Origin: Entomortierella parvispora E1425
Lineage: Eukaryota; Fungi; Mortierellomycota
Direction: 5' to 3'
Length of the DNA: 64,000 nucleotides
Assembly: GCA_020891255.1 (NCBI GenBank)
Contig: BQFW01000001.1
Span: 124,001 to 188,000, forward strand
A program made the translations under genes and the position numbers. Positions 35,022-48,055 of this stretch are shown in pieces. The notes below the pieces were generated by a model, which had not been told where the DNA came from, ran no database searches, and saw nothing but the letters and a program-made list of their open reading frames with translations. Positions within the stretch are counted from its first letter, which is position 1; the number at the start of each line of letters is the position of its first letter.

Positions 35022-37828
35022 TCACGGCGCGTCAGTGGACGAAGGGACAAAGGTGATAGCTGTTCCAAGGTATTCGAGCAATGACTTTTCACGGAAGCTC
35101 TGAATCTCTCCAAACTGGTTCCTACGTGGGTACTGTATGATGCAGTCAACCACTCGTTCTAGAAAAGAGGAGGGAGGATTAAAGAAGATATTGTTAGTTG
35201 TCATAAACGAGGATAGAGAAAAGCAAGAGACGAGGCAGGTAAGGCAGGCGAACTTACTGGGATCAATAGTTTTGCCTGAGGACTCCACAACCTTCAAAAA
35301 GTTTTCAATCTCCAGCTGCAACGCCGGGATTCCAAACGTGTAATAATACAGAAGCATGTCGTCGTTGGATACAGTGCTGCCTGTGCCAATAACAGTGCTC
35401 TCACGAAGAACCGAAGCAGCCATCCATTGAATCACAAACTTAAGCTGCATATCGCCTCCAAAGGCACCACAGCCCCAGTTGCCCGTAGCAATGGGATGAG
35501 ACGTCAAAGAGTCCTGCAAATGGATCGAAGGTCGGAATCCAACCAAGCATTTGTTGAACTCTCGCAAGATCGAGTACCGCTCGAACTGGTTCAGACGCGA
35601 GATCTTTGACTTGAAGGGGGTCGCATCGATGGCACAAATATTAGTCATCCGACGACCAAGAGCGTCACTAGAATGAGATATGAACGTCAGAGACCAGATT
35701 TGTTTTAAGATAATGAAATCCGTACGATGCTGTGCAGTTCTCTACTTACCGAGGGACTGGATCCTTGTGATCAGAGTACCATTCAAAGGTCTTGCTGTAT
35801 CCAATGTAATTCGAATACCTTTCGGCGCCTTTGATCAGCAAGGACTCGTTGGCCTCCAATTGAGTAGTGAACAGCCGCGAAATGATCAATTCAGGACAAA
35901 TCATGAATCGGATCTCTTCTTGTACGGCGCCCTACAAAGTCGATTCCAGTCAGATGTCACCCTTCTACACAGACAAGCAATCCTAATAGCATTCATAAGA
36001 TGCTTACCCTGTCTAAAGCACCACCGCCAATGTTCTTGTTGGCAAAATCCATCTGTAGAGCGGCTTGTGGAGCCTCTTCTAGAGGAGTAACCGAGTCCAC
36101 GTTGACCTTGTGGAAATGGAATCCGTTGAGTTCACCAGTATCCTGACCGGCCTTGAGGTAAACTGGTTTCCTGATCACCTGCCGATGGTAAGTCACGGTT
36201 CCCGTAGGCACTATTGATTGAAAGTGAGGGGTTAGTTTTAGTACTTATAGTTAAAGAAAATTCTCCTTACGAATCTCAATAGTTGTGGGTGCTTACTTTC
36301 TGTGGTTACTCGGTCAAAGTAGTGCAGAATACATCGAAGCTTCGCGGCCTGGGCGGTTGAACAGGGGGTCAAGCTCGAGGTGTCTTCGGCCCAAAACAGG
36401 CTGATAAAGTTAATCGAAGGCATCTTAGGGCCACGCTCGTCCTTCTTTTCCTTGGCATCGTCGACCACAGCCAAGTTTTCGACGCCAGAGGCGAGTGCGC
36501 TCAAACACTCAGCCTTCAGCCTAGCGCAGAGCTCCGAGGGTTCGCCGTCTTCAAAGAACTCAAATAAGGCCGCTGTGCCTTTAGCTCTTCGCTTCCTGGG
36601 GGGTCGAGGCTCGTTAATTGTGCTAAACACGTTCTTCTTGCCTCCACGACCAGACGCCTGGCCACCACCTCGACCCCCTCGGTTGGAAGATCCGCCGCGG
36701 CTAGATGCTCCACCACGAGTCGCCTTAGTCGTGGATACAGAGCCCTTGTCTTTCCTCTTAAGGACCTTTCGATCGTTGGCCTCATCGTTGGAGTCTTCGG
36801 AGTCATCTTCGTCATCCTCAGGCTGATCATTTTGCTGTTGTTGACCTCCAGAAGAGCTGGATCTCTTGAATCCAGGCCTCTTGGTGAACCGCCTGCTTCG
36901 CTTGTTGGGGACGTTTCGACAAGGGAAAGTATTGAAAAAGGCATTGGCGAGCAAGCAGGCAATCTGTTCCTGAGAGAGCGTAATGGCCGAATCCTGCTGT
37001 TGCATAAGAAACGGGATTGGCTTGTGAACAAGTTCTGGTAACCTCAGAGCAAGTGCCTGCATCCTTGGCAAAATCACGTCAAAGAATCGGGTCCGTTCCT
37101 GGAGACTCAAGTACTGACTCTTCAAAGGTGCAGAAGACAGTTGAGGAGAGGAAGAGGAGGTCCAGGCGTTGGAGGCCGACAAAGATGGAGTACTGGAGCC
37201 TTGCTCCTGCTGGCGAAGGACATGCTCCTGTCGTTGAGCTTCCAACCATTTCTGGTGGTGTTCCTCATCCAAGATCCGATCTTCCTCATCATCGTAGCTG
37301 TCGTCCTGAGAGTCGAAGCGGTCCTTGGTGGCCAATCGATCCTCCTCGTCCAGGATTTCGGCTTCCTCAGACAAGGTGCCTTGATCATGAGTCGATTCGT
37401 ACAGACTGTGGGCATTCAGAAAGTACTCGAGGACCTTAATGTTCCAAGTCTGCTCCTTAGCCTTGTTCCATCGAAGCATGACTTCAGACAGTTGGTCCGT
37501 GTTGGTGATCTTCGTTTGGAGACCTTCGACAATCTCAGGCCACTGGGAGACGTCGTTGTAGTGTCGCTTGGAGCAAGGCAAGCGGACGTGCTCGTTGTCC
37601 CAGCTGTCCTGGAATTCTTCAGGGAAGGAGGGCTGATCGAGACCGGGGATCTATGACCAAAGAAGCGAGGTTTATGTAAGTTTGTCACTGGTTTGTCATG
37701 CATGCTTTGGTAGCACAGGATCGCTTGGGGGCGGATGCCACCTCTACCTTGCAGAGAAGGAGGTTGGGCCCGGTTTCAAAGTACTGGGACGACGCGTCGC
37801 TGCTAGAGCTGGAGTTGGAGCAGGACAT
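35022..37828 (-). CDS. PARG: Poly(ADP-ribose) glycohydrolase (exons 37828-37748, 37650-36297, 36210-36008, 35931-35750, 35667-35258, 35158-35022)
   Basis: Spliced catalytic signature [32 protein letters not shown], plus GAERYSNYIGY, ATGNWGCGAFGGD and DSWDNEHVRLPCS. GT-AG introns keep the frame. Confidence 0.93.
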
Positions 37829-39081
37829 GATGGATTGGTTTTTGTCTTTGAAGACTGAAGAGGGTGAACGTTGATGTGGTTGTAGTAGTGTTGTTGTTGA
37901 CGATGCGGGTGGGTTGAGATAGAGGAGGAAGAGGAAAAGTCAGCTTGCTTTTATAGCGATCGCGGGAAGAGATGCAATCCGGACACGGAATTGGAGAGAA
38001 GACGATGGAAAGAATCCACGGGACAGGGAATGGCAGGCGAAGGGAATGAGGAAAGGGGTAGGTGCAGGCCAGCGGACAGACGGATGAGAAGAACAAAAGT
38101 CCAATGATGAACAACGCCATCCATGACCTGACCAGCGATGACCCTTTCTTCTTTGTGTCCATCACCCTCTTGTGCGGCGTACATGTAGGTTTCGGTTAGA
38201 GTTCATTCGGGCGGTGCACCACTGCCACTGCCGCAGCAGTCACGTGGAGCGAGATTTTTTTTTTTTTCCCTTTCTCGCGTCTTCACGGTTGAAACGCGCC
38301 GCAGTTCGCGTTCTCTTCCAGACTTTGTCAATGGGATCGACACTAAGAAGAGCTGGCGCAGTGATCAATGGTGGCAATTGCTATTGAAATCTGATCATCG
38401 ATCATGATCGTGGTCAGACCTGGTAATCTTGCGGGTTGTTGTGTTTTCAAACGACCAACCCTTCGTGGGCTGCCGATCACCTTCACTTTTTCTGCAAATT
38501 CTATTGTCAAAGGTTTCATGTAGATAAGTGCCGCGGAGTTGTCATGCCCATCCAATTGATGTGTTCAGGGTGAACCAATAGAACACCCGCCCACCAACAT
38601 CGCCGAGCCGTTCCAGATTTCTGCTGAGCTGCCCTGCAACAAACATTGCCTTTACCAATTTACCCCCTTTTCAGACCTCGAAATCTTGTTCCAGCACGCT
38701 CTCATGCGAAAACCTATGATCCCTTGTCCCTGCTCTCCTCACTCGACACTCTTCCTCAGCTTTTGTAACTCGAGCTTCTTGTTGAGTCCACCATCCTCAA
38801 AGCATCCCATTGACCATCAATGGCGCATGCACTTCCTTGAGGTAAAATCCATTACGGACTTTTCGGTTTGATTTTTTTTTCACCTTCATATTTAGAAGTT
38901 TAAAATATTCACCGAGTGATAGATGAACGTCATCATGGGTTGATTTCCCCTCTTCTTCAGACGGCTGCAACTTTCACCTTTCTTCTCACCATTTTATCAC
39001 CATCTGCACATAACCCACATCCTACACTGTTGCAAACTCCTTCCCTTACCTCCTTCATAATCGAAAAAAGGAACCTCGACA

Positions 39082-39776
39082 ATGGCGGACCAACATCACT
39101 CCTCCGCGTCCGACATGCTGTTCGATGCCACTCAGAAGACAAAGATCCAAGCGCAGTCCGCCTTATCTGCTGTGAAAAAGAATGGGGTCTTTCAAAACTA
39201 CGTTCAACCGGCTCTGGAACGCGTCTGGGACTTGCTCAACCGAACTCCTTTCCTTCTCAAGATTGCTCTCCTGGGCTTCTTCGGCTTGAGCGCCGTCCCT
39301 CTCGGCTGCTTCTTCGGGTTCATGAGCATCGTCACGGTCGGATGCTTTGTCCTTGGTGGAATCGCCTTTTCAGTGGTCGAGGCAAGTAAACAGGGCATCT
39401 GTTATTGTGTATTTCGCCAGGAGGAATGGTGGGTGATGATAATAACACGAAAACAACTTGTTCATAGGGCGGTTTCGTCATGTTTGCCTCCACCTTTCTG
39501 CTGCCAACTCTGGGCGTGTCGCTCTTGATCGCAACCGGGGTTGGGTTTGTTGGGTTTTGTCTTTACATGACCTACGTGGTTTTGAACAGGGTCTTTGGAG
39601 ATTCTGTCGACAATCAAACCACAGCTGCGACGGCGGCTCGCCATGGGGCGGAGGAATCAAAGGGTCGAGCTGAAGCGATAGGTCAAACTATTCAACATGA
39701 AGCAGGTCATTTCAAGGACAACCTCAAATCCGTCATGCCTGGCGGTAGTTCCAGGCCTGCTGTTCCTAGACAGTGA
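39082..39776 (+). CDS. Promethin / LDAF1-like lipid-droplet membrane protein (exons 39082-39381, 39468-39776; GC-AG intron)
   Basis: Four closely spaced hydrophobic helices (LKIALLGFFGLSAVPLGCFFGF...VVE|GGFVMFASTFLLPTL). Frame is restored by an intron with donor GCAAGT at 39382 and acceptor CATAG at 39467. Confidence 0.65.
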
Positions 39777-39940
39777 AAATTTGGCCTCTGAGCCATCTGC
39801 CTGACGCGTTTTACAACAATAAAAAAATCTCGAATAAATATCCTGTTTAGTAGCCAATTTTATCCTAGAATAGACTGTGACTACCTTGCCACCTCCACCT
39901 GGCCCATGGCCTTGTTCATCGCCTTCATCTTCACCAACCC

Positions 39941-41818
39941 ATGAGCAACTTGGTCTTCAGTATCCCCGAGCTCACCGATGCCATTGCGGACTATCTCGAC
40001 CGTTCGGATCTTGTCTGCTTACTACGTGTCAGTCGACTGCTCTACCCCGCCTTTGCTCCACGTCTCTGGCGCCATGTCACCGTGAGAGGCTACACGTTAT
40101 ACCTTGCCGCGCTTTTCCCCAAGCTTGCATCGGCGACCGCATCACCCTCATTTGGCATATTCAAGTCTACTCCTCCATTAGCAGGGCTCATTCGCAACAG
40201 TCATTGGATTCAATCCGTTACGATACAATGGGATGACAATCTCCAATTCCACAGTAGTCCCATTTCACAGTTGATTCCGCAACGCGAAGGCGGGCCGTCG
40301 GTGTTTTTTTCTTGGCCCGAAGATCCGTCCGAAGTTCTGATCCACAAGGCGATCAAGCGTCTCTATCCCTGCCCAGGACAGGCCCTGTCGAAAGAAATGG
40401 CGCAGCAACAAATGAAGCTCCAGCTGCACTTATATAAGATGCTCCCTGGACACCTGCAGGCGGCCGTCTTTGCGGCATTGCTGGAGAAGATTGGCGAGGC
40501 GCGCGCAATGTACCAAACGTGGCAAAAGAATCGCCCCCGGGGTCCCATCAGGCCGTGGACGTCTCTTTCGATCATCTCTAAAGGGACGATTCGACCTGTG
40601 CATGCGGCTTCTGGCCCTTGCGGCACTGGTCATTTTCAACATTCACTCTACCGATGTTCCCAAATCTTCAGAGATATGGCCATATCGTTTGTGTTACAAG
40701 CAGCACTCAGGGCAACCACCAATGCAGACACGGCGATTGACCCCACAGTGGAAAACCCTTTTTTCACGAGCGATTCAACTACACAGGAGGAGCGATGCAG
40801 CCTTGAAAACTTGACGGTGGCGCGATGCGACGGCTTTGGCGCTCTTTCTGTCTTTGTCTTGATCCAATCCCCGGCATTGGCAAAGTCTCTAAAACGACTT
40901 GATATACGAGGCTGCGCTAACTTTCGGAGCGAGGAGATGCATGTGTTGCTAGAATCTTTGCCTCACTTGGAAAGAGTTGATTTCCGAGCACGGCACGAGG
41001 CTCTTATGAGGTACGCCGGGATAGCACCGAGAAGACGGATGAATCAAGGAGGCCCTGTGAAAACCGAAGTCGATTACTTTTGTGCACCGCAACATCAGTT
41101 TCTCGATCGACTGATGATGGAGCCGCAGAAGCAACGATCGGATACGAGGCCCTCAGAGGAATATGCCATTCAAAGGGAGAATGAGGGATCGACCTCCAAT
41201 GTCAGATCTACGCAAGGCACCTGGTCTTGCGCGTCGAGTCTGAAGGTTTTCCGGATTGGCATCAATAATTCAGAATCAACGGTCGGCTCTGAGCCGCTCA
41301 ATCCGAATCTCCCAGTGGTTAACCCGAGCCGCGTGGCATGTCCAGGTGAATATCGTTGGTTCTATGAACTCGTGGCTCCGCTGACGAACCTTCGAGAACT
41401 TTGCCTAGTGACAGGTTTCTTGAACTGGACAGAGCAAAGTCCGCTACAGATCGATGTGAAGCATGGGTTGGACTTGTGGCAGGGCTTAAAGACAATAGAG
41501 CTCTTTGACTTCGAGGGCTTGATTTTGCCTTGGAGAGATATGTGGGATGGGCGTCACTGTGAAAAGGAAGACAAAGATCAAACCAGGAAAGTCGACGTGC
41601 AATGGATCGGCCAACATTGGCCAAGATTAAGGATAATCAAAGGACTTTGGTATCGACATCAGATGATAGAAGCGAATCCGGAGGACTTGCCAAAATCAGT
41701 TCAATGGTTGAAAGAGAACCGACCTGAGGTCAAAGCCCCATTGTCGCTGTGGCCGCGCGAATGGGGCAGTCCTGAGACGGAGGAAGAGGATCTGTTTATC
41801 CATGGCTATCATGGATGA
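39941..41818 (+). CDS. F-box-like / LRR protein, intronless, 625 aa
   Basis: LVFSIPELTDAIADYLDRSDLVCLLRVSRLLYPAFAPRLW; TWSCASSLKVF; GLKTIELFDF...WIGQHWPRL. Confidence 0.75.
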   Translation: MSNLVFSIPELTDAIADYLDRSDLVCLLRVSRLLYPAFAPRLWRHVTVRGYTLYLAALFPKLASATASPSFGIFKSTPPLAGLIRNSHWIQSVTIQWDDNLQFHSSPISQLIPQREGGPSVFFSWPEDPSEVLIHKAIKRLYPCPGQALSKEMAQQQMKLQLHLYKMLPGHLQAAVFAALLEKIGEARAMYQTWQKNRPRGPIRPWTSLSIISKGTIRPVHAASGPCGTGHFQHSLYRCSQIFRDMAISFVLQAALRATTNADTAIDPTVENPFFTSDSTTQEERCSLENLTVARCDGFGALSVFVLIQSPALAKSLKRLDIRGCANFRSEEMHVLLESLPHLERVDFRARHEALMRYAGIAPRRRMNQGGPVKTEVDYFCAPQHQFLDRLMMEPQKQRSDTRPSEEYAIQRENEGSTSNVRSTQGTWSCASSLKVFRIGINNSESTVGSEPLNPNLPVVNPSRVACPGEYRWFYELVAPLTNLRELCLVTGFLNWTEQSPLQIDVKHGLDLWQGLKTIELFDFEGLILPWRDMWDGRHCEKEDKDQTRKVDVQWIGQHWPRLRIIKGLWYRHQMIEANPEDLPKSVQWLKENRPEVKAPLSLWPREWGSPETEEEDLFIHGYHG

Positions 41819-42199
41819 GGAAATAAATTTGTCGTATCTCGTCAAGCCTGACTCGTTCACGCTGGAAAGATTTCACGCGCGGGGGGCAGACGCGCGCCTT
41901 TCATTTTTTCATTTCGTGTTCCTCTCCCTTCCCTTCCTCCCTCGCCCACTCATCCTCACATGCACTCTTCCAACTCGGGATAGCTTTTTTCACTGCAATG
42001 CACTGGATTATGGGCTGAGCAGTCAATGGACAAGAAGACAGATGGGCAATGTGGACAATCAACACGCCGCTTCAGTCTCCATCCGAGAGCCTCTGACTAA
42101 GCCTGAGCTGCGCCTTCAAACCCTTTGTTTGGTCCATTCATTGCTCCTTTTTTCATTCAAATGTACCATGTGTACATTCGCCATCCGACATTTGCAACC

Positions 42200-43438
42200 A
42201 TGATCACCATTTTTGACATTCCCCTCCTAATGGACCAGATCTGTCGACATCTGTCCCCGCATCAAATCAGGCGCTGTCTACGAGTCTGCAAGGCATGGGC
42301 GGTGGCTTTCAACCCTTACCAATGGGACCATGTCTTCCTAATCCGAAAATCCAACGGTGGATCTCTTGTCGAAGATCTGTCGGAGGCGGAGAAGCAACTC
42401 TTGGTCCAGAATGTCTACTGGATTCGATCACTGCGGATCCATTTTTCAGAGGAACTCTTGAACGTGCCCGACTGTGTCAACCTCCGAGCAGTCTCCTTTC
42501 GGGATCTGGATGATTATCTGGACAATCGAGATACGGGATCGTAGTTCTTGGCTAGTGTTGAGCGAGGTGGCGCACCACGACCACCAAAAATGATTCAGGA
42601 CAAAAAGTCAAAAGCTAGTGGCAAAGAAGAGAAGGCATCTAGGATTACGACCCCAACATCAGTGAGAACAGCAAGCATTCCAAAAGGAAAGATCTTGGAA
42701 GAACGTCGGACGCGCAGGAAGCTTCAGAAATTCAGCCTACGCGTGCCCATTGAACTTGATCCACCAAAACTTTACGACTTCATGCAATGGCTACCCCGAA
42801 TTCTGACCTCACTAAGTCTTCGAGAAGTCAACAGTTACTATTCCTACTCCCTAGAAGAGCTCGAGGACTTTGACCCACTGAAAGAAGATGACAAGGTCTC
42901 ATTCCGCATCCAGTCATACAAAGTGTACGGATTCAGCTCGCTGATGATCGAGGTATTTTCAATCTGGCTCATTGCTCGCTCCCCAGAGTTGAGAGAGCTG
43001 CGTCTGCCAACCCTAACGGATTCTAGAGAAGTCACCCCGACCTTGTTTCGAACGCTCATTCGTGCATTGAATCGAACACACCCCTTGGATCTCAGCCTGG
43101 ATGCCGATTACTTACCTGTGCCAGGAGAAAAAGAGGCTCGAGCGCGGGATCCAAAGACAAGAGAGTTTTCACACAGGCATCGCGGTTGCGAATGCCAGCA
43201 TTTTGATCATTTGACGATCCCGCTCCGCTCATTGACCATCGATGTGCATGACAATCATAATAAGGTCTTTGAGACATGGGCAAGATATTCTGGAAAGACG
43301 CTGAGGGAATTGAAAATAATGGGTTGTGAACCCGTAGGTGACATTGATATGTACTATGTGATTGAGGATTGTTTGCCGTTGAAGAGAGTCCATTATTGGA
43401 TCGGCGATCCGGACGGCAAGGACCCTTATATATTATAG
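42200..43438 (+). pseudogene. F-box-like protein interrupted by an in-frame TAG at 42542-42544
   Basis: MITIFDIPLLMDQICRHLSPHQIRRCLRVCKAW F-box-like start. ORFs 42125..42544 and 42548..43438 are in the same frame, separated by one stop; no plausible intron covers it. Confidence 0.6.
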
Positions 43439-46400
43439 GGGCTCCCGAGGATTCAAGACCTGAAGGCAATAGAGATTTTGGGTAAAATAAAATCACCGGC
43501 GCTTTTTTTTTTTTTTTTTTTTTCTCCGCAGGAGTGGGCGATGCTGTGCGCGGAAAGAGCTACGAAAACACCACGGGCCGCAGTTCACTTAAGAACTGCG
43601 TGGGTGTAGTGGTGGTTGGGTAGAGAGGACATCATGGGTGAAAAAACTTTGCCTCCGGGTGATTTTCCTCGGCGGGATCCAAGGCCCACCTCTAACCTGC
43701 AGGATCGCTGGAGTCCATTTTTTTTTTTTTTTTTTTTTTTTGCAGGAAAGGATTGACAAAGAGGTCAGAGCCAAAGGATTAGGGGTCCGAGAGCGGTCCA
43801 GTTGCAGTGTGCATGCATTGCATGCACGCTTTTGGTAGCTTGTTTTTATTTTTCATATGGAAGCAACGTGTTTGAGCAGGGTAACAGGGTCATCATTAAG
43901 TGATAGTTGTTGTTGTTTGTTTGTTTGTTTGTTGTTGTTATGGCTGCTGCTGTTGTTGTTGTTGTTGATTGGATCGTTGCATGATTGGATCGTTTCATCC
44001 ATAAAAGTACAAAGGCGTTTGGGCGATCCATTTGTATCGGCTTTTTCCAAACGTCTAAAGGCGGCGGAGAGGAAGGGAGGGGAGGGGTTTGTCACAATAT
44101 TTCGTTTATGGAATTAGGGCCTTAACCAAAGCAGAGGATGTTGAGGCAGAGGGAGGAGAGAGGCAGAGATGGGAGCGATCCATGCTTTTGCGCGCGCGCG
44201 CGTGCTTTTTTTTTGAGGATCGTGCGCCTCTCTTTGAAAAAGATGGGTGGAGAAAGCATCACTTGTATTCTTTTCTTTTATTTCTGATATACCCCGGAAA
44301 GGAACGAGACCGTGGTCGAGTCCCAGCGCCGCACTGCTTACTTGAGTTCGAAAAGGAAAAAAAAAGAGAGGCAAGGAGCGAATGAGGGTCTGTGATGAAA
44401 GCAAAACGCAGATCATTGTTCGAAATAGTGTCCACGAAAGATAGTGCCTTTCCCTTTCAGGATCCTCTGAAGCGACTGATCCGAGTTGAGCCGTTCAACG
44501 GTCGTGACCATAGCTATCAAAATTGAATATACATTTTCTTGTCAAAACAGCAATTGAATCCTGTCTTTGCACCAGTCCAAGTCGATCAAACTTGTCAGGC
44601 CAACTCCTTCTTCCGCGCTCCTGTTTCTTGTTCCTGAAGATCTGTGTTCGAAGGCTGATCCGATAGTTGCTAGTTCGCGCCAAAAAAATAAATTCAAAAA
44701 TAATAAATCGCTTTTATTTCTTTTTGCGTGTGTTCGCCCTCTGCTCCGCTCCTCTCCATTGAGAGCAAAGTAACATTAAAAAAAAGGCCAACAAAGACAA
44801 AGGTGTGTGGGGTGTGCAACCATGTCACTCGGCGTACAAGAAAACTGTACTAGACACTAGACACGAAGTGCTCTTGGCTGTTGTGGGTGTGTTCTTGTGT
44901 TTACGATGGGTGGGGGTTGACGAGATGCAAAATAATTTAGACTGGCGGCCATCAGTCGCTTTGAGGGCATGAGGGAGACAAACACACCTTGTGTTTCTCT
45001 GTCCACTACGTCCAGCCGGGGTCTGTGTTCTAGTCTGTGTCCATCGATCTTTCAGCCAAGAGGCCATTGTCTGGGCCGGACGGCGAGAAGCAATGTGGGT
45101 TATCGTCAAGGTGTTGGTCGATTGATATTTTGAATGGGTGATCATGGAAATATAACAGAGGAAAAGCTGGAAACATTCAAAAAAGTAACAGTAAAGCCAT
45201 GAACAGGTCCCAAAGGAATTTTCCGACATAGTCGACGACAAAAGGGGGAGCTAAAAGAAAGAAAAGACTCCTATATTTTGATCCGGAGGTGCTGTGCCAA
45301 TTCTAAATGATCGAAAAAAGGGCCAAAAGGTACTTTCAAATTTGTAAAGAATATTCGCCTACTACAAGGGAGGGGATGGCAAGTTCCCAGAAGCCCCTCC
45401 AATACAAAAACAAAACAAAAGGTCCGCGTCGTAACACTGTCTAACAAAGCTGAAATGGAGAGATGCAATTGAAACGATTGACAGAGTTGACATGATTCAT
45501 AAGATTGCAGTCCAGATCGACTGCACCCTTGACACATGCTCTCTACTCAGTGGCACGTAAGCGGCCGATCGAGGCAGATCATACTTCTGTAAAAGGCAAG
45601 AGTAAAAGATGACATCCCTGGTCTTGCTTGTCCAATCATGGTCATTGCAATGAGCTCTAATAATCCCACTGACAGGTAAGAGGTGGTTCGTCCGAGGGAA
45701 TGAAATGAAAGAAAAAGTGCCGTGAAGTAAACAAATCGCCAGAGCGATTCTGCAGCAGATACACAGTCTACTTGGCAGTGGACGCACTCATCTCAAAACT
45801 CCTGGGCACACAAACAAAAAAAAAAAAAAAAAAAAAAAAAACAACCACGTAGTCCAAGGAAGGGGACCACTGCACAGACATGCAGAGACAGACAGAGAGA
45901 CAGACAAACAGGGCGGACAGACCGGCCGAAGGACAGGTAACGATTGTTACTTCGACCTGCACGCAAAGCAGGACGAAAAAAAAGAAAAGAAAAAAAAAAC
46001 ACTTTCTGCCTCTTCCTCGCTTTCTTTCCGTCTCCCCTCTCTCACTCCCTCGCCCTCAGTCCCTCCGTGTCGATTCCTCCATCCATCCTCTCCCCTTCCC
46101 TCTGCCTTTGCACAATTTCTTCCATTTTCCTCATCCTTGCTGTTCGGTCCTCCCTCCTGACTGTCGGCCAACCCGAGCCAAATAGCGCCACGTCGACTCT
46201 CCCTCACCCCTTTGAACCACTCGTCCCCTACTCCTATCTCGGTCCCGCGTGATTGTTGCTAGCTGTTTGCAGAAGCAGGGCGTCCCGCGCAAACACCCCT
46301 TCCAGGTACCTTGGTTTAACTTTGCCACTAACTGGAACACAGAACGACTTTGATGGATTCTGAAGTGGAGTTTCGATCTTGACGAGATGATGCGGACATC

Positions 46401-48055
46401 TGCAGATCTGATGAGTATGGATCCATGTGGATCAAGTCTCAGGATGATGACGATGCGATGAGTCCAGATGTGCACAAGCCATGGCCTGTTTTTTTTTTTT
46501 TTTTGTCCTTTTTTTTTTTTTGACTTTCGAAAAAAAAGGTTGGCTCCGACGTGGAGATTGGTGGCAACGCAACTTTGGCCAGAGTCTCGCAGGAAAGAGA
46601 AAGGATAGATGATGGACAAAAGGGCGGCATGATTGCATGATTACCTCGGACTGGATGAAGGAACAATGATTTGCAATCAGTGAGTGGCCACCATGAGACA
46701 ACGCCGAGGACGCGTTCTTTCAGACATTTCTCCGGTGACCAGGAACAGGCGGGATTGACCATGTCATGACGACCGAGAATCGTCATGAAGGGTAGCCGCA
46801 GGGTAGGATTGACAAGGAAGCGGGGAGTGAAAGCACAAGGGCGGGAGGGAAAGGGTGGAAAGAGAGAAGAGAGGGGAGCGGAGAGATGGCGGCGTCGGCG
46901 CTGGGCTTGTCCGGGCGACAAGACCAGGGAGGAGTAGCAGAGCAGGTTTTTGGGTTTGTGTCCATGTTGGAAGATTTGCTGTTGATTCGGTTTGATGTTG
47001 ATGCTTGCTATTCTTGTGCTGAGAGTGGACACACGGCATTGCCATTGGTGGGAGAAGGGAAGCGATGCGGTGCGGTGCGCGGTGTGCACAAGAGTGTGGG
47101 TGTGGGTGAGGGTGTGGGTGCTCTCAACGCGCAGACAAGAGAGCGCGCACAGGGAGAGTGAGAGCGGAGGAGCAGACATTGAGAGCCGTGTGTTTTTCAT
47201 TTCCCCCTGGCTGGCTGGCGCGGTGGTCCCTCTCTTCTTTTTTTCATTTCCTGCTGCTGCAGGCCGCCCTCTTCTCCTTCGCTCTTCCTCTCTTCCTCTC
47301 CGTCTCCTTCATCTTCTTATCTTCGTGGTGCTCTGGACCCCTACCACTCTCCATGATGAATGACGGATCGAAAAGGGCCGATCAAGGGGCAAATGAAGAT
47401 CGCCATCGTCTTCTCGGCCCTTGTCTCTTGGTCGCTTAGGTGCATCCGCTCCTTTTTTTATTATTATTTGCTGCCCTTGCGCTCTTGACCTCTACATCTT
47501 CGCCATTCTCCCTTCTACCGTCCTTCCTGTTCTTCTCCAGCCTCTCTCTTGTTCATCTTATCCTCCTCTGCTCCCGTCTCCTCAGCGCAATCACGCCTTC
47601 CTTGTCGACTGCGCCTATATGTCCCTTCTTTTTCTACTTTGCCTTCCTCTACGGCCCGAGCCTGCGCTGTTCTCATCTCCCGTCCCGTCCATTGTTTGCA
47701 TTCATCCACCTGAAACGCACAACATCTCTCGCACCAGCCCTCATTGAGCACGCTCCTAGAAGATCAGTCATCAACCACCATCCTCACTTTTGTGCAACCC
47801 TCACAACCTTCATCTCTCCACGAGGCCCGCTAGCTGCAGCGAATAACAAAGGACTGATCTAGATTCTCTTTCGTGACCATCCCACCAGCAGTAGGAGGCT
47901 CAAGTTTGTGTTAGTGCCAGAGTGCAGCAAGGAGTGCTTGGACACATGTAACCCACTTGCAATGCACCGGCGATAAATGTTCATCTCTCTCTGTGTTTCC
48001 ATTAAGCCCTGTTTTTTTGTTTTGCTTCTTCTCCACAGCACAATCATCCACGAAT

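Noticed and set aside
43579-43600. Perfect 8-bp hairpin CGCAGTTC-acttaa-GAACTGCG between two poly-T tracts
   Set aside because: No recognisable tRNA, snRNA or SRP motifs or Pol III boxes; a single short stem is expected by chance.
43440-48050. Many short ORFs in the 4.6 kb upstream of the PHD-H15 gene
   Set aside because: Homopolymer- and microsatellite-rich regulatory/UTR-type DNA; no domain-like peptide.
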